Shown here: positions 22,591-30,499 of the stretch, piece after piece
How the letters are laid out: every line of letters starts with the position of its first letter
Numbering within the stretch: position 1 is the first letter of the stretch
Position numbers and translations under genes: made by a program
NCBI GenBank assembly: GCA_936916975.1
Contig: CAKZGO010000012.1
Coordinates: 1,775 to 65,774 of the forward strand
DNA from: an uncultured Dongia sp.
GTDB taxonomy: Bacteria; Pseudomonadota; Alphaproteobacteria; Dongiales; Dongiaceae
DNA length: 64,000 nucleotides
Direction of reading: 5' to 3'
The notes under the pieces: generated by a model
Told to the model about the DNA's origin: nothing
Database searches by the model: none
The model's input: only the letters and a program-made list of their open reading frames with translations

Positions 22591-22640
22591 CGTTTGTAGC
22601 CGAGGGCCGATCATCTCGGCCGCTCGGTTGAGATCAGGCG

Positions 22641-22835
22641 TCAGGCACTTTCGTGCAGGATTGTGACAGCCGTATTGATCGCGCTGATCCGCTCTTTGGC
22701 ACCGTCCGGTCGACGACCATGGATGGTTTCCAGGCTCACGTTGCAGAATTCCTCGGTCGCGCTGACCTCAGTCACCACGGCGGGGATCATCACAACATCA
22801 CCTTTTTTGAGCGGCGTCCCGTTTTTATCATGCAT
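22641..22835 (-). CDS. Hypothetical phage protein (last gene of the late transcript)
   Basis: 64-aa ORF with balanced composition, followed by the strong terminator. Confidence 0.5.
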   Translation of the reverse strand: MHDKNGTPLKKGDVVMIPAVVTEVSATEEFCNVSLETIHGRRPDGAKERISAINTAVTILHESA

Positions 22836-22883
22836 CGCTATTCTCCTTGCTGAGGGTAGTACAACGTCAATCGACGCTGTTCG

Positions 22884-23021
22884 TTAGAACCGGAATATCC
22901 AAAAGGTCACTGTCGGGATGTTGATGCCGCCATCAGACGCAACGAACGGCATCAGTTCGGGCCGCGGCGACACTGGCACCTGACAGCCTGCCAGGAGCAG
23001 GGACAGCAGCAGCCAGCGCAT
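22884..23021 (-). CDS. Small (45 aa) lipoprotein, function unknown
   Basis: An internal ATG of the 65-aa track ORF gives MRWLLLSLLLAGCQVPVSPRPELMP.... It has a lipobox LAGC. Its ATG overlaps the stop of the preceding gene (TGATG at 23019-23023). Confidence 0.55.
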   Translation of the reverse strand: MRWLLLSLLLAGCQVPVSPRPELMPFVASDGGINIPTVTFWIFRF

Positions 23022-23371
23022 CACGGCGCCGGCATATCCTGCCTCTGCGTCGCTCGGATCGTGTCGAGCTTCGACCGGCAATCGATCAGGTCGCTCTGGT
23101 ACCGAATCATCGCGACGCCCTGAATGCCGATGATAAGATTGGCCCGCTGCGACGGCGGCACGGCCGGGTCATATTTCACCGCCTCGACCTGCGCCATGGC
23201 CGCAACCAGATCCGGGCCCGAGGGGCAATCCAGCAGCGCGCCATCGATCGGCGCGAAGGATACGACCTTTTCAACAGGCGCCGGCGGTGGCAGCACTTCC
23301 GGCTTCGCGAAGCTTTCGCAGGCACTCAAAATTGCGCAGAGCGATGTCAGCAGGATCAGCCTTCGGATCAT
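23021..23371 (-). CDS. Outer-membrane spanin subunit candidate (o-spanin lipoprotein)
   Basis: Internal start MIRRLILLTSLCAILSAC (lipobox LSAC), a Pro-rich mature N-terminus, 116 aa. It starts inside the 3' end of the i-spanin gene in another frame (overlap 23271-23371). Confidence 0.65.
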   Translation of the reverse strand: MIRRLILLTSLCAILSACESFAKPEVLPPPAPVEKVVSFAPIDGALLDCPSGPDLVAAMAQVEAVKYDPAVPPSQRANLIIGIQGVAMIRYQSDLIDCRSKLDTIRATQRQDMPAP

Positions 23372-23753
23372 GGGAGAGTTCCTTGATTTTCCGCTCGGCC
23401 TCGGCATAGACGGTCGCGCGGGCTTTGGACTGGGTGGCGAGATGCTCGGCATCGGCGCGGGTGCTGCGCCAGGCTGTGGTGAGTAAATCGATCTGACGGC
23501 TCTGCCCGTCGATCACGCGGGCCTGATCGCGGGCGCCAGCCGCCTGAGCTTTCGCGCTGGCTTCAAAGATGTCGCGCTCCACAGCAACGCCCTTCAGCTG
23601 GCCCTCCAGGCTGGTGATCTCCTTGCCCTGCCAGATCCAAGCGCCCGCCGCGGCGGCAAGACCCAGCGCCAGGCCGAGGCCGCCGCCAAGCACGGCCGGC
23701 AGAATCCATTTCTTGGCGGCGCGGTAGCCGAGGCCGGCGAGAATGTCGGTCAT
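23271..23753 (-). CDS. Inner-membrane spanin subunit candidate (i-spanin)
   Basis: 160 aa with an N-terminal TM helix (WILPAVLGGGLGLALGLAAAAGAWIW) and then a long coiled-coil-like Ala/Arg/Glu/Gln region. It sits downstream of the endolysin. Confidence 0.65.
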   Translation of the reverse strand: MTDILAGLGYRAAKKWILPAVLGGGLGLALGLAAAAGAWIWQGKEITSLEGQLKGVAVERDIFEASAKAQAAGARDQARVIDGQSRQIDLLTTAWRSTRADAEHLATQSKARATVYAEAERKIKELSHDPKADPADIALRNFECLRKLREAGSAATAGAC

Positions 23754-23947
23754 GTCTCGACCTTCTCAGGATGGGCCATGATCACCAGGCGCTGATCGGC
23801 CTCGATCATGAACGGCTCGGATTCGCCCGGGTTCATGAAGCGGAATGGAATGCCCGGCACGGCACTGCCGGCGATCGTCTCGGTGCGCACGATGCAGCGC
23901 GGCGACGTCTCCGGGATGTTGATCTCGACGCGGGTCGGGTCGGTCAT
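23750..23947 (-). CDS. Hypothetical 65-aa protein in the lysis cassette
   Basis: I take ATG 23945-23947 (MTDPTRVEINIPE...), which overlaps the upstream stop as ATGA. The N-terminal 77 aa of the track ORF are Arg/Ala/Gly-rich shadow sequence. Confidence 0.5.
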   Translation of the reverse strand: MTDPTRVEINIPETSPRCIVRTETIAGSAVPGIPFRFMNPGESEPFMIEADQRLVIMAHPEKVET

Positions 23948-24369
23948 GGCAGCAGCCCTCCCAGCGGCCCGGTGCCGACCTTCGCCAGCAGCTTCATGAT
24001 GTTGCCCTGCGCGTCGATCAGCAGCGGCCCGCAGGCCAGCTTGATCTCGTCCGACATGCCGCCTTCCCGGGCGCGGCGGATGTTGCGCAGCTTCTGATAC
24101 TTGGAGAGGACGCCCCTGCCCGGCGGTGAATCGGTCCCGCCGAGTTCCGGCAGGTTGTCGATGATGCCGCGCCAGCACTGCGCCGCGATGATGTCGCCAT
24201 GGGCTTCGGCATCGACCAGCGCGGCCTGTGCATCCTCGCGCGCGAACGTCACGAGTTCGTCGCCGACGTCGACGGAACCGATCTTGCCGTCACCGAGTTG
24301 CACGTCGCCGGTGCCAGATGCCGAACACGCCGCGAGCAACAGGCAGCACGCAAGGAGAAGCGACCTCAT
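23944..24369 (-). CDS. Lipoprotein, function unknown
   Basis: 141 aa with MRSLLLACCLLLAACSASG (lipobox LAAC). Confidence 0.6.
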   Translation of the reverse strand: MRSLLLACCLLLAACSASGTGDVQLGDGKIGSVDVGDELVTFAREDAQAALVDAEAHGDIIAAQCWRGIIDNLPELGGTDSPPGRGVLSKYQKLRNIRRAREGGMSDEIKLACGPLLIDAQGNIMKLLAKVGTGPLGGLLP

Positions 24370-24370
24370 G

Positions 24371-24493
24371 TCAATATTCCTTTGGGTTGCGGTCGGAACA
24401 CCAGATCACGACCAGGACGAAAATGATGAAAACGACCGCCGCACCGATCGCCGCGAAGATGTTGATCGTGGCGTTGATAACGGCATCGATCAC
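24371..24493 (-). CDS. Possible 40-aa single-TM protein
   Basis: A GTG at 24491-24493 overlaps the endolysin stop (GTGA). The product is (M)IDAVINATINIFAAIGAAVVFIIFVLVVIWCSDRNPKEY. The upstream part of the 88-aa track ORF overlaps the endolysin gene. Confidence 0.4.
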   Translation of the reverse strand: MIDAVINATINIFAAIGAAVVFIIFVLVVIWCSDRNPKEY

Positions 24494-25014
24494 CGCGGCG
24501 GGCCGGGCCGATGGTTGGGGCTGTACTCGATATCGAAGATGTAGCCGCGGCAGATGAACATCTCGATCGTCCGGCGCTTGACCAGTCCCCAGACGACCAC
24601 CAGCGCGCCGCCCCTGCCCTTGCGGGCCTTGTTCCATTTTGGCAACTCATGGCAGGCACCTAGCCAGTCGCCCTGGTTGGCAAGCTTGAGCAGCGTCGAT
24701 TTCATCAAGGCGCCTTCGCCAAAATTGTAGGTCCAGGACGTCACCGCCACCCATTGCCACAACGTCATGGCCGATTTGACGCGGCGGTCGACGGCCTCCC
24801 AATATTTCATCCCCTCTTCGCTCAGCAGGTCTTCGCACAGCTCACGGGGATAGAGTTTTCCGACGATGGCCTCCGGGCCAGTCTTGCCGTAGCAATAGGT
24901 GGGCACGCCGGCGATGTCGTTGTATCCGACCAGCCGCAATCCCTCGAACCCACCGAGGATCACCAGCAGGAACGCGAATGCCGCGCCCGCGGACTTGAGG
25001 CTATTGCGCGTCAA
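24490..25014 (-). CDS. SAR endolysin (GH24 T4/P21-type lysozyme with N-terminal signal-anchor-release helix)
   Basis: 174 aa with the weakly hydrophobic Gly/Ala-rich helix AGAAFAFLLVILGG. The catalytic E-x8-D-x5-T is present (FEGLRLVGYNDIAGVPT). The YN.G.G, STLL.K.NQGD and GL..RR..E blocks resemble P21 R. Confidence 0.88.
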   Translation of the reverse strand: MTRNSLKSAGAAFAFLLVILGGFEGLRLVGYNDIAGVPTYCYGKTGPEAIVGKLYPRELCEDLLSEEGMKYWEAVDRRVKSAMTLWQWVAVTSWTYNFGEGALMKSTLLKLANQGDWLGACHELPKWNKARKGRGGALVVVWGLVKRRTIEMFICRGYIFDIEYSPNHRPGPPR

Positions 25015-25301
25015 AGTTCCGGATCCCCAAGTTCTTTGACGCGGTCGCTTGCCCGGCGATTGAGCGCACCCTTACGGGCCAGCTTCCGCGCTTTGCGACG
25101 ATGCAGCGCGTCGATCGTCTTGGGGATCAGCAACAAGGATTGCCACGCCATGAACACAAAGGTCGCGGCAGCGGCCCATTCGCTGAAGGTCAGACCGGCT
25201 ATACGTACCTCGACACCCTGGGTGACCAGCGATGTGGTGACACCGCCAACGGCAATGCCGATCTTTCCCAACGACCCTTCGAAGAACTGCTGATTGCTCA
25301 C
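25011..25301 (-). CDS. Holin (two-TM, pinholin-like)
   Basis: 96 aa with two hydrophobic helices and a basic C-terminal tail (HRRKARKLARKG). It lies immediately upstream of, and overlaps, the SAR endolysin gene. Confidence 0.7.
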   Translation of the reverse strand: MSNQQFFEGSLGKIGIAVGGVTTSLVTQGVEVRIAGLTFSEWAAAATFVFMAWQSLLLIPKTIDALHRRKARKLARKGALNRRASDRVKELGDPEL

Positions 25302-25685
25302 TCAGACGCCCTCCCCAATCCAGCGTTTAAACCACTCCGTTGGCGCAAAGATCGTGACCGTCGCGCACCCGCCGTCGAACAGATCCGCGCGGGCCAATCC
25401 CTCTGCCTGCGACGGCGTCGAGATGATGGCGTAGTTGCCGACATAGGGTTTTCGTGGACCCCAGACCAACTCGCCATTGATCTTGTTGAGCAGGCGTCGA
25501 GCCTCGCCGCCCATGACGACGACCATTGAGGCGTTGACCTTGGCGGCGCGGATCTCGGCGATCACCGCGTCATGGCTGATACACAGCGCCGCACCACCAT
25601 CGACCTTGTCGATCGATTTGCCACGCGCGCCGGGACATATCCACGCCAGCAACATGACCAACAGAATGGCCGTGACGACTTTCAT
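25302..25685 (-). CDS. Secreted hypothetical protein
   Basis: I take ATG 25683-25685 (AGGGGA 4-5 nt upstream), giving MKVVTAILLVMLLAWICPGARG, a signal peptide. The product is 127 aa. Confidence 0.55.
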   Translation of the reverse strand: MKVVTAILLVMLLAWICPGARGKSIDKVDGGAALCISHDAVIAEIRAAKVNASMVVVMGGEARRLLNKINGELVWGPRKPYVGNYAIISTPSQAEGLARADLFDGGCATVTIFAPTEWFKRWIGEGV

Positions 25686-25695
25686 CTTTTCCCCT

Positions 25696-25720
25696 AAAGA
25701 AAAAGCCGCCAAAAGGCGGC
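25696..25720 (-). terminator. Intrinsic terminator-like hairpin between the tail genes and the lysis cassette
   Basis: The minus strand reads GCCGCC-TTTT-GGCGGC followed by TTTTTCTTT. Confidence 0.6.
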
Positions 25721-25746
25721 CTGTATTGGTGATGTGTCAGGTGCCG

Positions 25747-26535
25747 CTACAACGCTTCGGATATCTCGAACGCCCGCGCATGGGCCGGATGCGTCGTATG
25801 CTCGTTGGCGCCCAACTCACTCATCTGACCGATGATCATCTGCCGGTTCTGGCGCTCGCCACCCGGCGATTTGATGTAGAGAATATTGCCGCTGATGCCC
25901 GCCACGGCGTCGAGTTGGTCGCTGATGATCTCGACCACCTCATCCTCGCCCAGGAAGTTGAACTCGAATCGCTCGGCCCGGAACTTGTTGCGGATGTCGC
26001 TGTAATTCTGCCCGCCGATCGACTTCGATTTCTGCGTGGGATCGATGGTGATGTTCTGTGCGCCGTAACTGAAATTGCGCCGGGGTTGCCATAGATCCGC
26101 CAACCACAGATGCCCGATGTCGATCGAACCAACACCAACCCGGCCGCTATCCTCGAGATTGATCTTGATGTAGCGCGCTGTGACGATAGTCGGCAGCAGC
26201 AACAAGGCCTGCCAGCGCGCCTTGACGATCTCGGCCGGGTCCGCGGCAATCAAGCCGCTGTCATAGAGATCGCCGTCATGGGCATCGGTGGTTGAAAGCC
26301 GCAGCCGCCATTGCAGCGCGGCACTCACCTGGGCACCGGCTACTGCCATGACAGATACGGGCTGCGCGGCGCCCAGATCCGCGGTCACCTCAATACCGGT
26401 CGCGGCCTGCGTACGCCACACCGTCGCCCCGTGCAGATCCTTGATGTTGGACACCGGCAGCGTGGCAACTTCGCTGTTTGTCGCCAGGACCGCGGTCATC
26501 AAATGATTGACCCAGGCCAACCCCGCATTCGCCAT
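25747..26535 (-). CDS. Putative distal tail/host-recognition protein
   Basis: 262 aa, the last structural ORF of the tail module. Assigned by position only. Confidence 0.4.
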   Translation of the reverse strand: MANAGLAWVNHLMTAVLATNSEVATLPVSNIKDLHGATVWRTQAATGIEVTADLGAAQPVSVMAVAGAQVSAALQWRLRLSTTDAHDGDLYDSGLIAADPAEIVKARWQALLLLPTIVTARYIKINLEDSGRVGVGSIDIGHLWLADLWQPRRNFSYGAQNITIDPTQKSKSIGGQNYSDIRNKFRAERFEFNFLGEDEVVEIISDQLDAVAGISGNILYIKSPGGERQNRQMIIGQMSELGANEHTTHPAHARAFEISEAL

Positions 26536-26540
26536 CTATC

Positions 26541-28079
26541 TCACCACATCACGTCTAGGGTTGATTCGTTGCGGGCGGCCATGATCCCTTGCCCGATGAT
26601 GAACACGTTGCGGCCGCCCACAAGCGGTGCCACGGGAAGGTCGAGATTGATCGTTTCCCCCAGCTTCCGAAGGTAGCCTTGGGTCTTGGTGACAATGCGC
26701 AAGGCGCTGCGCCGCGTGCCCCACAACGCCCCCAGTCGGTTGACTTCGACCTGTGCATCCGCCTCATGCTGGAACAGCGACGGCATCGGTGGCGCATCCT
26801 GGGCCCGCAGATGGGTGGTCTGCACCACGGGGTCGGTCCAGGGCGCATAACGCCATTCGGCCGCCAGGAACTGCCGACGTTCTGCTGTGACACCACCCGC
26901 AAAGTCGCTGTCCTGCGGCGTCCAATTGTGCTCGTAACCGACCTGTGCCCGGTACCAGGGCGGATCGATCGAGGTGGGCAGATCGAACCACGTGTAATCG
27001 AGGACCTGGTTCGCGTTGAAATATGCCTTCGGCCGCAGCGCCGGCGCTTCCACCCGGCCACAATCGATCTGATCAAACCGGTTCGGACCCCACCATGCGC
27101 CAATGCCGGCGAACAAGACGTCCAGCACCGCCGCCACCGAGACCGTCTGGGAACCCACGAAGATCCCAACCGGCGCCGGTTGGTTGGATCGCAGCAGATC
27201 AAATGATGCCGGGTCAATATTGGAATCATCGAGGCCGCCGCGCAGGCTGATCAAGCGGAACGCGATGTCTGCCACTTTGTCGACATAGGTCCCGAAGCTG
27301 GCGTCGCCTTCGACATCGCAGGTGACCTTGCCGTCCGGTACCGCGCCGAGGCGAAAGTAACCGCCGGAGAGTTGCGTGACATAGGTACCAGCCGCCACCA
27401 CCGCGGCCGTGATATCGGCGACATCGCCGGCATAGGTCAACGCCAGACCGCGATCATAAACGGCGATGATGCGGCGCGTGGCCCCATCGTTCGCCTGGAA
27501 GATGAGCTGACTGGCGCTGACCAGTGTCGGCGTCACATTGAGACAGCCGCCATAGCAGAACGGCCGTGGCGCGCCCTTGATCTCCGGACCGCCATTCAGC
27601 CCCCCCGTACCGAGAAACAGATTGGTCTGTGCCGGTTTCTCCAGCCGCCAGGTGATATCGCGCAGTTCGAAACCGACATCGCGGCGGCCGGACGCCCGCC
27701 GCGACCGCGCCGTGCCCTTGAACAGTGTCGCAAAATCCGCATAGGCGAAGTCCGGCCGGCCGATCTTGATCTCGACATCCCGGCCGTCAATCGGGTAATC
27801 GCGCAGGAACCCGTCCAACCCGCCGTCGCCATTGACCAGCGCCATGCTGCCCAGCTGCAGAAGCACCCGCGACCCTGAGAACGGGTTGAGCGGCAGGCTG
27901 CGCTCGATCGTAAGCGGGTCCAGCACGCGCGGCGCGAAGTGCCGGTTCGGCAACGTCGCATCGACGGCAAGGGTGGTGAAGCCCCGGTCGCTGAAATGAA
28001 AGTCAACCGGGCCGGAGATCCCGGTCGCCGGCGGTACCGACAGAACCGGGCCACCATTGACCGGCAGGATCATCGTCAT
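26541..28079 (-). CDS. Putative tail tip/baseplate protein
   Basis: 512 aa within the tail module. The N-terminus (FSDRGFTT...NGDGGLD...DGRDV.IK.G) resembles N-termini of phage tail/host-specificity proteins as I recall them. Not verified. Confidence 0.5.
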   Translation of the reverse strand: MTMILPVNGGPVLSVPPATGISGPVDFHFSDRGFTTLAVDATLPNRHFAPRVLDPLTIERSLPLNPFSGSRVLLQLGSMALVNGDGGLDGFLRDYPIDGRDVEIKIGRPDFAYADFATLFKGTARSRRASGRRDVGFELRDITWRLEKPAQTNLFLGTGGLNGGPEIKGAPRPFCYGGCLNVTPTLVSASQLIFQANDGATRRIIAVYDRGLALTYAGDVADITAAVVAAGTYVTQLSGGYFRLGAVPDGKVTCDVEGDASFGTYVDKVADIAFRLISLRGGLDDSNIDPASFDLLRSNQPAPVGIFVGSQTVSVAAVLDVLFAGIGAWWGPNRFDQIDCGRVEAPALRPKAYFNANQVLDYTWFDLPTSIDPPWYRAQVGYEHNWTPQDSDFAGGVTAERRQFLAAEWRYAPWTDPVVQTTHLRAQDAPPMPSLFQHEADAQVEVNRLGALWGTRRSALRIVTKTQGYLRKLGETINLDLPVAPLVGGRNVFIIGQGIMAARNESTLDVMW

Positions 28080-28082
28080 GCG

Positions 28083-28250
28083 TCAGCTGTTTCCGGACGG
28101 CACATAGGGCCGCAACACCACAAGATGGATGACATCGACATCGCCCCGGTCCTTGTAGAGCTCAATAAGCGGTTCCGTCGGCGGCACATAATCAGGAACG
28201 CCCATGACGGGCAGCCCCATGACCGCCAGTGACGGGTCGATGTCGGCCAT
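28083..28250 (-). CDS. Possible 55-aa tail-module protein
   Basis: This is my own reading, below the ORF-track cutoff: MADIDPSLAVMGLPVMGVPDYVPPTEPLIELYKDRGDVDVIHLVVLRPYVPSGNS. It fills the gap between the neighbouring genes exactly and has a more plausible composition than the overlapping 70-aa track ORF. Confidence 0.4.
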   Translation of the reverse strand: MADIDPSLAVMGLPVMGVPDYVPPTEPLIELYKDRGDVDVIHLVVLRPYVPSGNS

Positions 28251-28253
28251 CGG

Positions 28254-28787
28254 CTAGATCCCGTTCTGCCAACCGGACGAGATGTCATAAGCCAACACCG
28301 CCTCGGCCGTTTCCAGGGCGGTGATGGCGTCCTTATGGCCCCAGCTGACCAGGCGCAGGCGATAGACCTCGGCCTTCGCCGCCTCCCCCAGCGCGATCAT
28401 GTCATCGGCGGTCGGTAGCGCCAGGAATGTATCGTCCGCCATGCGCCAGGCAAACTGTGTCGGCCATGCGGCACCCAGCGCCTTTGCCCAACGCGCCTCA
28501 TTGCCCATGGTGGTGAGATTGGCTTGATCCTGTGGTCGGATCTGCAGCACCGTGCCCTGGTAAGCCATCCCGGCGATCAGCGCCGCGTCGTAGAGAGCGC
28601 CGACTTCGTCGACGCGCTGCACCTTGATGAGATCCAACGGCAGGACCCAGACTTCCTTGGTTGCATCCCAGACTTGCCGACCGTCCGACGGCGCGGCCGG
28701 AACTTCCGCGACCGCACCGGGCGGCAGCCCGCCATCAACACCTGTCCCGGCAAAGGTGTTGTCGTTTCGGATGTAGTGCCGTGCCAT
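28254..28787 (-). CDS. Tail-fibre-associated protein (DUF4376-like pattern)
   Basis: I take ATG 28785-28787 (MARHYIRNDNTF...), 177 aa. It starts 2 nt after the upstream stop. The family call is from memory only. Confidence 0.4.
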   Translation of the reverse strand: MARHYIRNDNTFAGTGVDGGLPPGAVAEVPAAPSDGRQVWDATKEVWVLPLDLIKVQRVDEVGALYDAALIAGMAYQGTVLQIRPQDQANLTTMGNEARWAKALGAAWPTQFAWRMADDTFLALPTADDMIALGEAAKAEVYRLRLVSWGHKDAITALETAEAVLAYDISSGWQNGI

Positions 28788-28788
28788 T

Positions 28789-30486
28789 TTACCAACCCCT
28801 GCTGAGATTGACTGCATAAGACCAACTTGCCAGCGTCAGGCCGACAATCGCGCCGCCCCCCTTGGGCACGGCACGGGCGGCGCCATTTCCGGTCGCCATC
28901 TGCATGGCCTTTGCGCTGGTGAGGACGAAGGTGAACGGTCGGTCATAGGATACGCTGTCATTGGTCTGAAGATCGTAAAGCAGATCGTTGACGGCGTAGC
29001 TGGCATCTATCGTCGTGCACCGGGCGATAAGTTGGGGACGACCGAGGATATTCGACCAGCCGAGATTGTGGTTGAAGGCTACAGCGGTCGACGGCGATGG
29101 CAGTGTCGCGGTGAATGAAGACTGATATCGACCCTGCAAAGCATAGTGAACCACGGATGTCACACCGCTGCCGTTCGTCACCGCCTCGCCGATATAGACG
29201 CGGTAGGTCTGGGTCGCGACAGATCCGTTGCCGACTTTCCCGACCATTTCGACGATGTTGAAGGTGAACTGACCATTGGTGATCGAATAGGTGCCACCGC
29301 GCTGATCGGCCGGCGCCACACTCGTCTTACCGAATGTGATCGTGCCATCGGCAGCGATATCGCCATAGATGTAGTTTGTTGTGCTGGCGGTCATCACGAG
29401 CGACGTATCTGCCGATTGAATACCGACGCGATCCACCGCGCCATTGGCATCACACCCATTCGCGGCAGTGAGGATGAGCGGTGTCGGGGCGGCATTAATA
29501 TCGACCGCCAGACCCGATCCCGCAGCGATATAATTGGGGAAGCCATTCGCATCAACCACCGATGACAGCACGCATTGCCGCACAGGCACTTCCAGCATGG
29601 ATGAACTGGCCGAACGCGTGAAATAGTTCGTCCCCTCGGTACGGATTTCTCCGCTGGTGTTCTTGGCCACCGTCAGACTGGCGGCGCCATCGATCTGTGA
29701 TGTGGTGGGGGTGAAGACCAGCGCGCCGCCAACCGCCAGAAAATCGACATGCCAGGGGCGGCGGAGGGCGTTGCTGCTCGTGACCTGATCGAGGGCCACG
29801 GCACAGCCACTGGCATGGGTAAAGCGCAACAGACGCCCGCCATCAGAGGCAAGGACCGTATAGGTGTTGGTCGCGATCGTCTTGACGCCGAACTTTTCCG
29901 GCGCGTTCTCCCAGATATGGTGATCCAGCCCGGCGTCGTGTCTGATCTTCAAGACATCGTCGATCGCCCAATCGTCCGCGACGATCGGGATGTCGTGGCC
30001 GCGCCGTAGGGGTTTCGCGGCGCTGTCGCCCACCTCCAGGGTCACGGGTCCGGCCGGTGCCGCCTTCATGCGCACCGAAAGGTCCATCCAATCGACCAGC
30101 AGCGGAACCTTGACCGGTAGTGCCACCGCAAATGCATCGGCCACATTGCTGCTATCGGCACCCTTCAAGCGGCCCTGCAAGGCCCCCATCAGCTCGGCCG
30201 GGATGCCGTTGAAGACCTGCTTGTTACCGCCCGTAAAGCTGACCGGCGAGCCGCCATTGCTGGACGCCAGCGTGCGCACGCGCGTCAGTTTCGGCGGCGC
30301 GCCCGTCAGAAAAACACCCTCGATCACCTCCCACGACAGGCCATCAAGGACGCAATAGATGAGCGGATCGTTGTTGTTGTAATCGGCGCCGGCAAAGGCA
30401 CGGTATCCATCGACGGCGCCGCCATCGAGGTCAAGCGGGCCGGTGCCTGACGTGGTGCTGATCTGTTGAACGCGGTCGCGGATCAT
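28789..30486 (-). CDS. Putative tail fibre/tail structural protein
   Basis: 565 aa, the first ORF after the tape measure. It is Gly/Thr/Ser/Ala/Val-rich, consistent with a beta-rich fold. Confidence 0.5.
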   Translation of the reverse strand: MIRDRVQQISTTSGTGPLDLDGGAVDGYRAFAGADYNNNDPLIYCVLDGLSWEVIEGVFLTGAPPKLTRVRTLASSNGGSPVSFTGGNKQVFNGIPAELMGALQGRLKGADSSNVADAFAVALPVKVPLLVDWMDLSVRMKAAPAGPVTLEVGDSAAKPLRRGHDIPIVADDWAIDDVLKIRHDAGLDHHIWENAPEKFGVKTIATNTYTVLASDGGRLLRFTHASGCAVALDQVTSSNALRRPWHVDFLAVGGALVFTPTTSQIDGAASLTVAKNTSGEIRTEGTNYFTRSASSSMLEVPVRQCVLSSVVDANGFPNYIAAGSGLAVDINAAPTPLILTAANGCDANGAVDRVGIQSADTSLVMTASTTNYIYGDIAADGTITFGKTSVAPADQRGGTYSITNGQFTFNIVEMVGKVGNGSVATQTYRVYIGEAVTNGSGVTSVVHYALQGRYQSSFTATLPSPSTAVAFNHNLGWSNILGRPQLIARCTTIDASYAVNDLLYDLQTNDSVSYDRPFTFVLTSAKAMQMATGNGAARAVPKGGGAIVGLTLASWSYAVNLSRGW

Positions 30487-30499
30487 ACGTATTCCCCAA

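Noticed and set aside
28076-28288. 70-aa minus-strand track ORF in the tail module
   Set aside because: It is Arg/Ser/Trp/Cys-rich and overlaps both neighbours. A different frame (28083-28250) fits the gap exactly and has protein-like composition.
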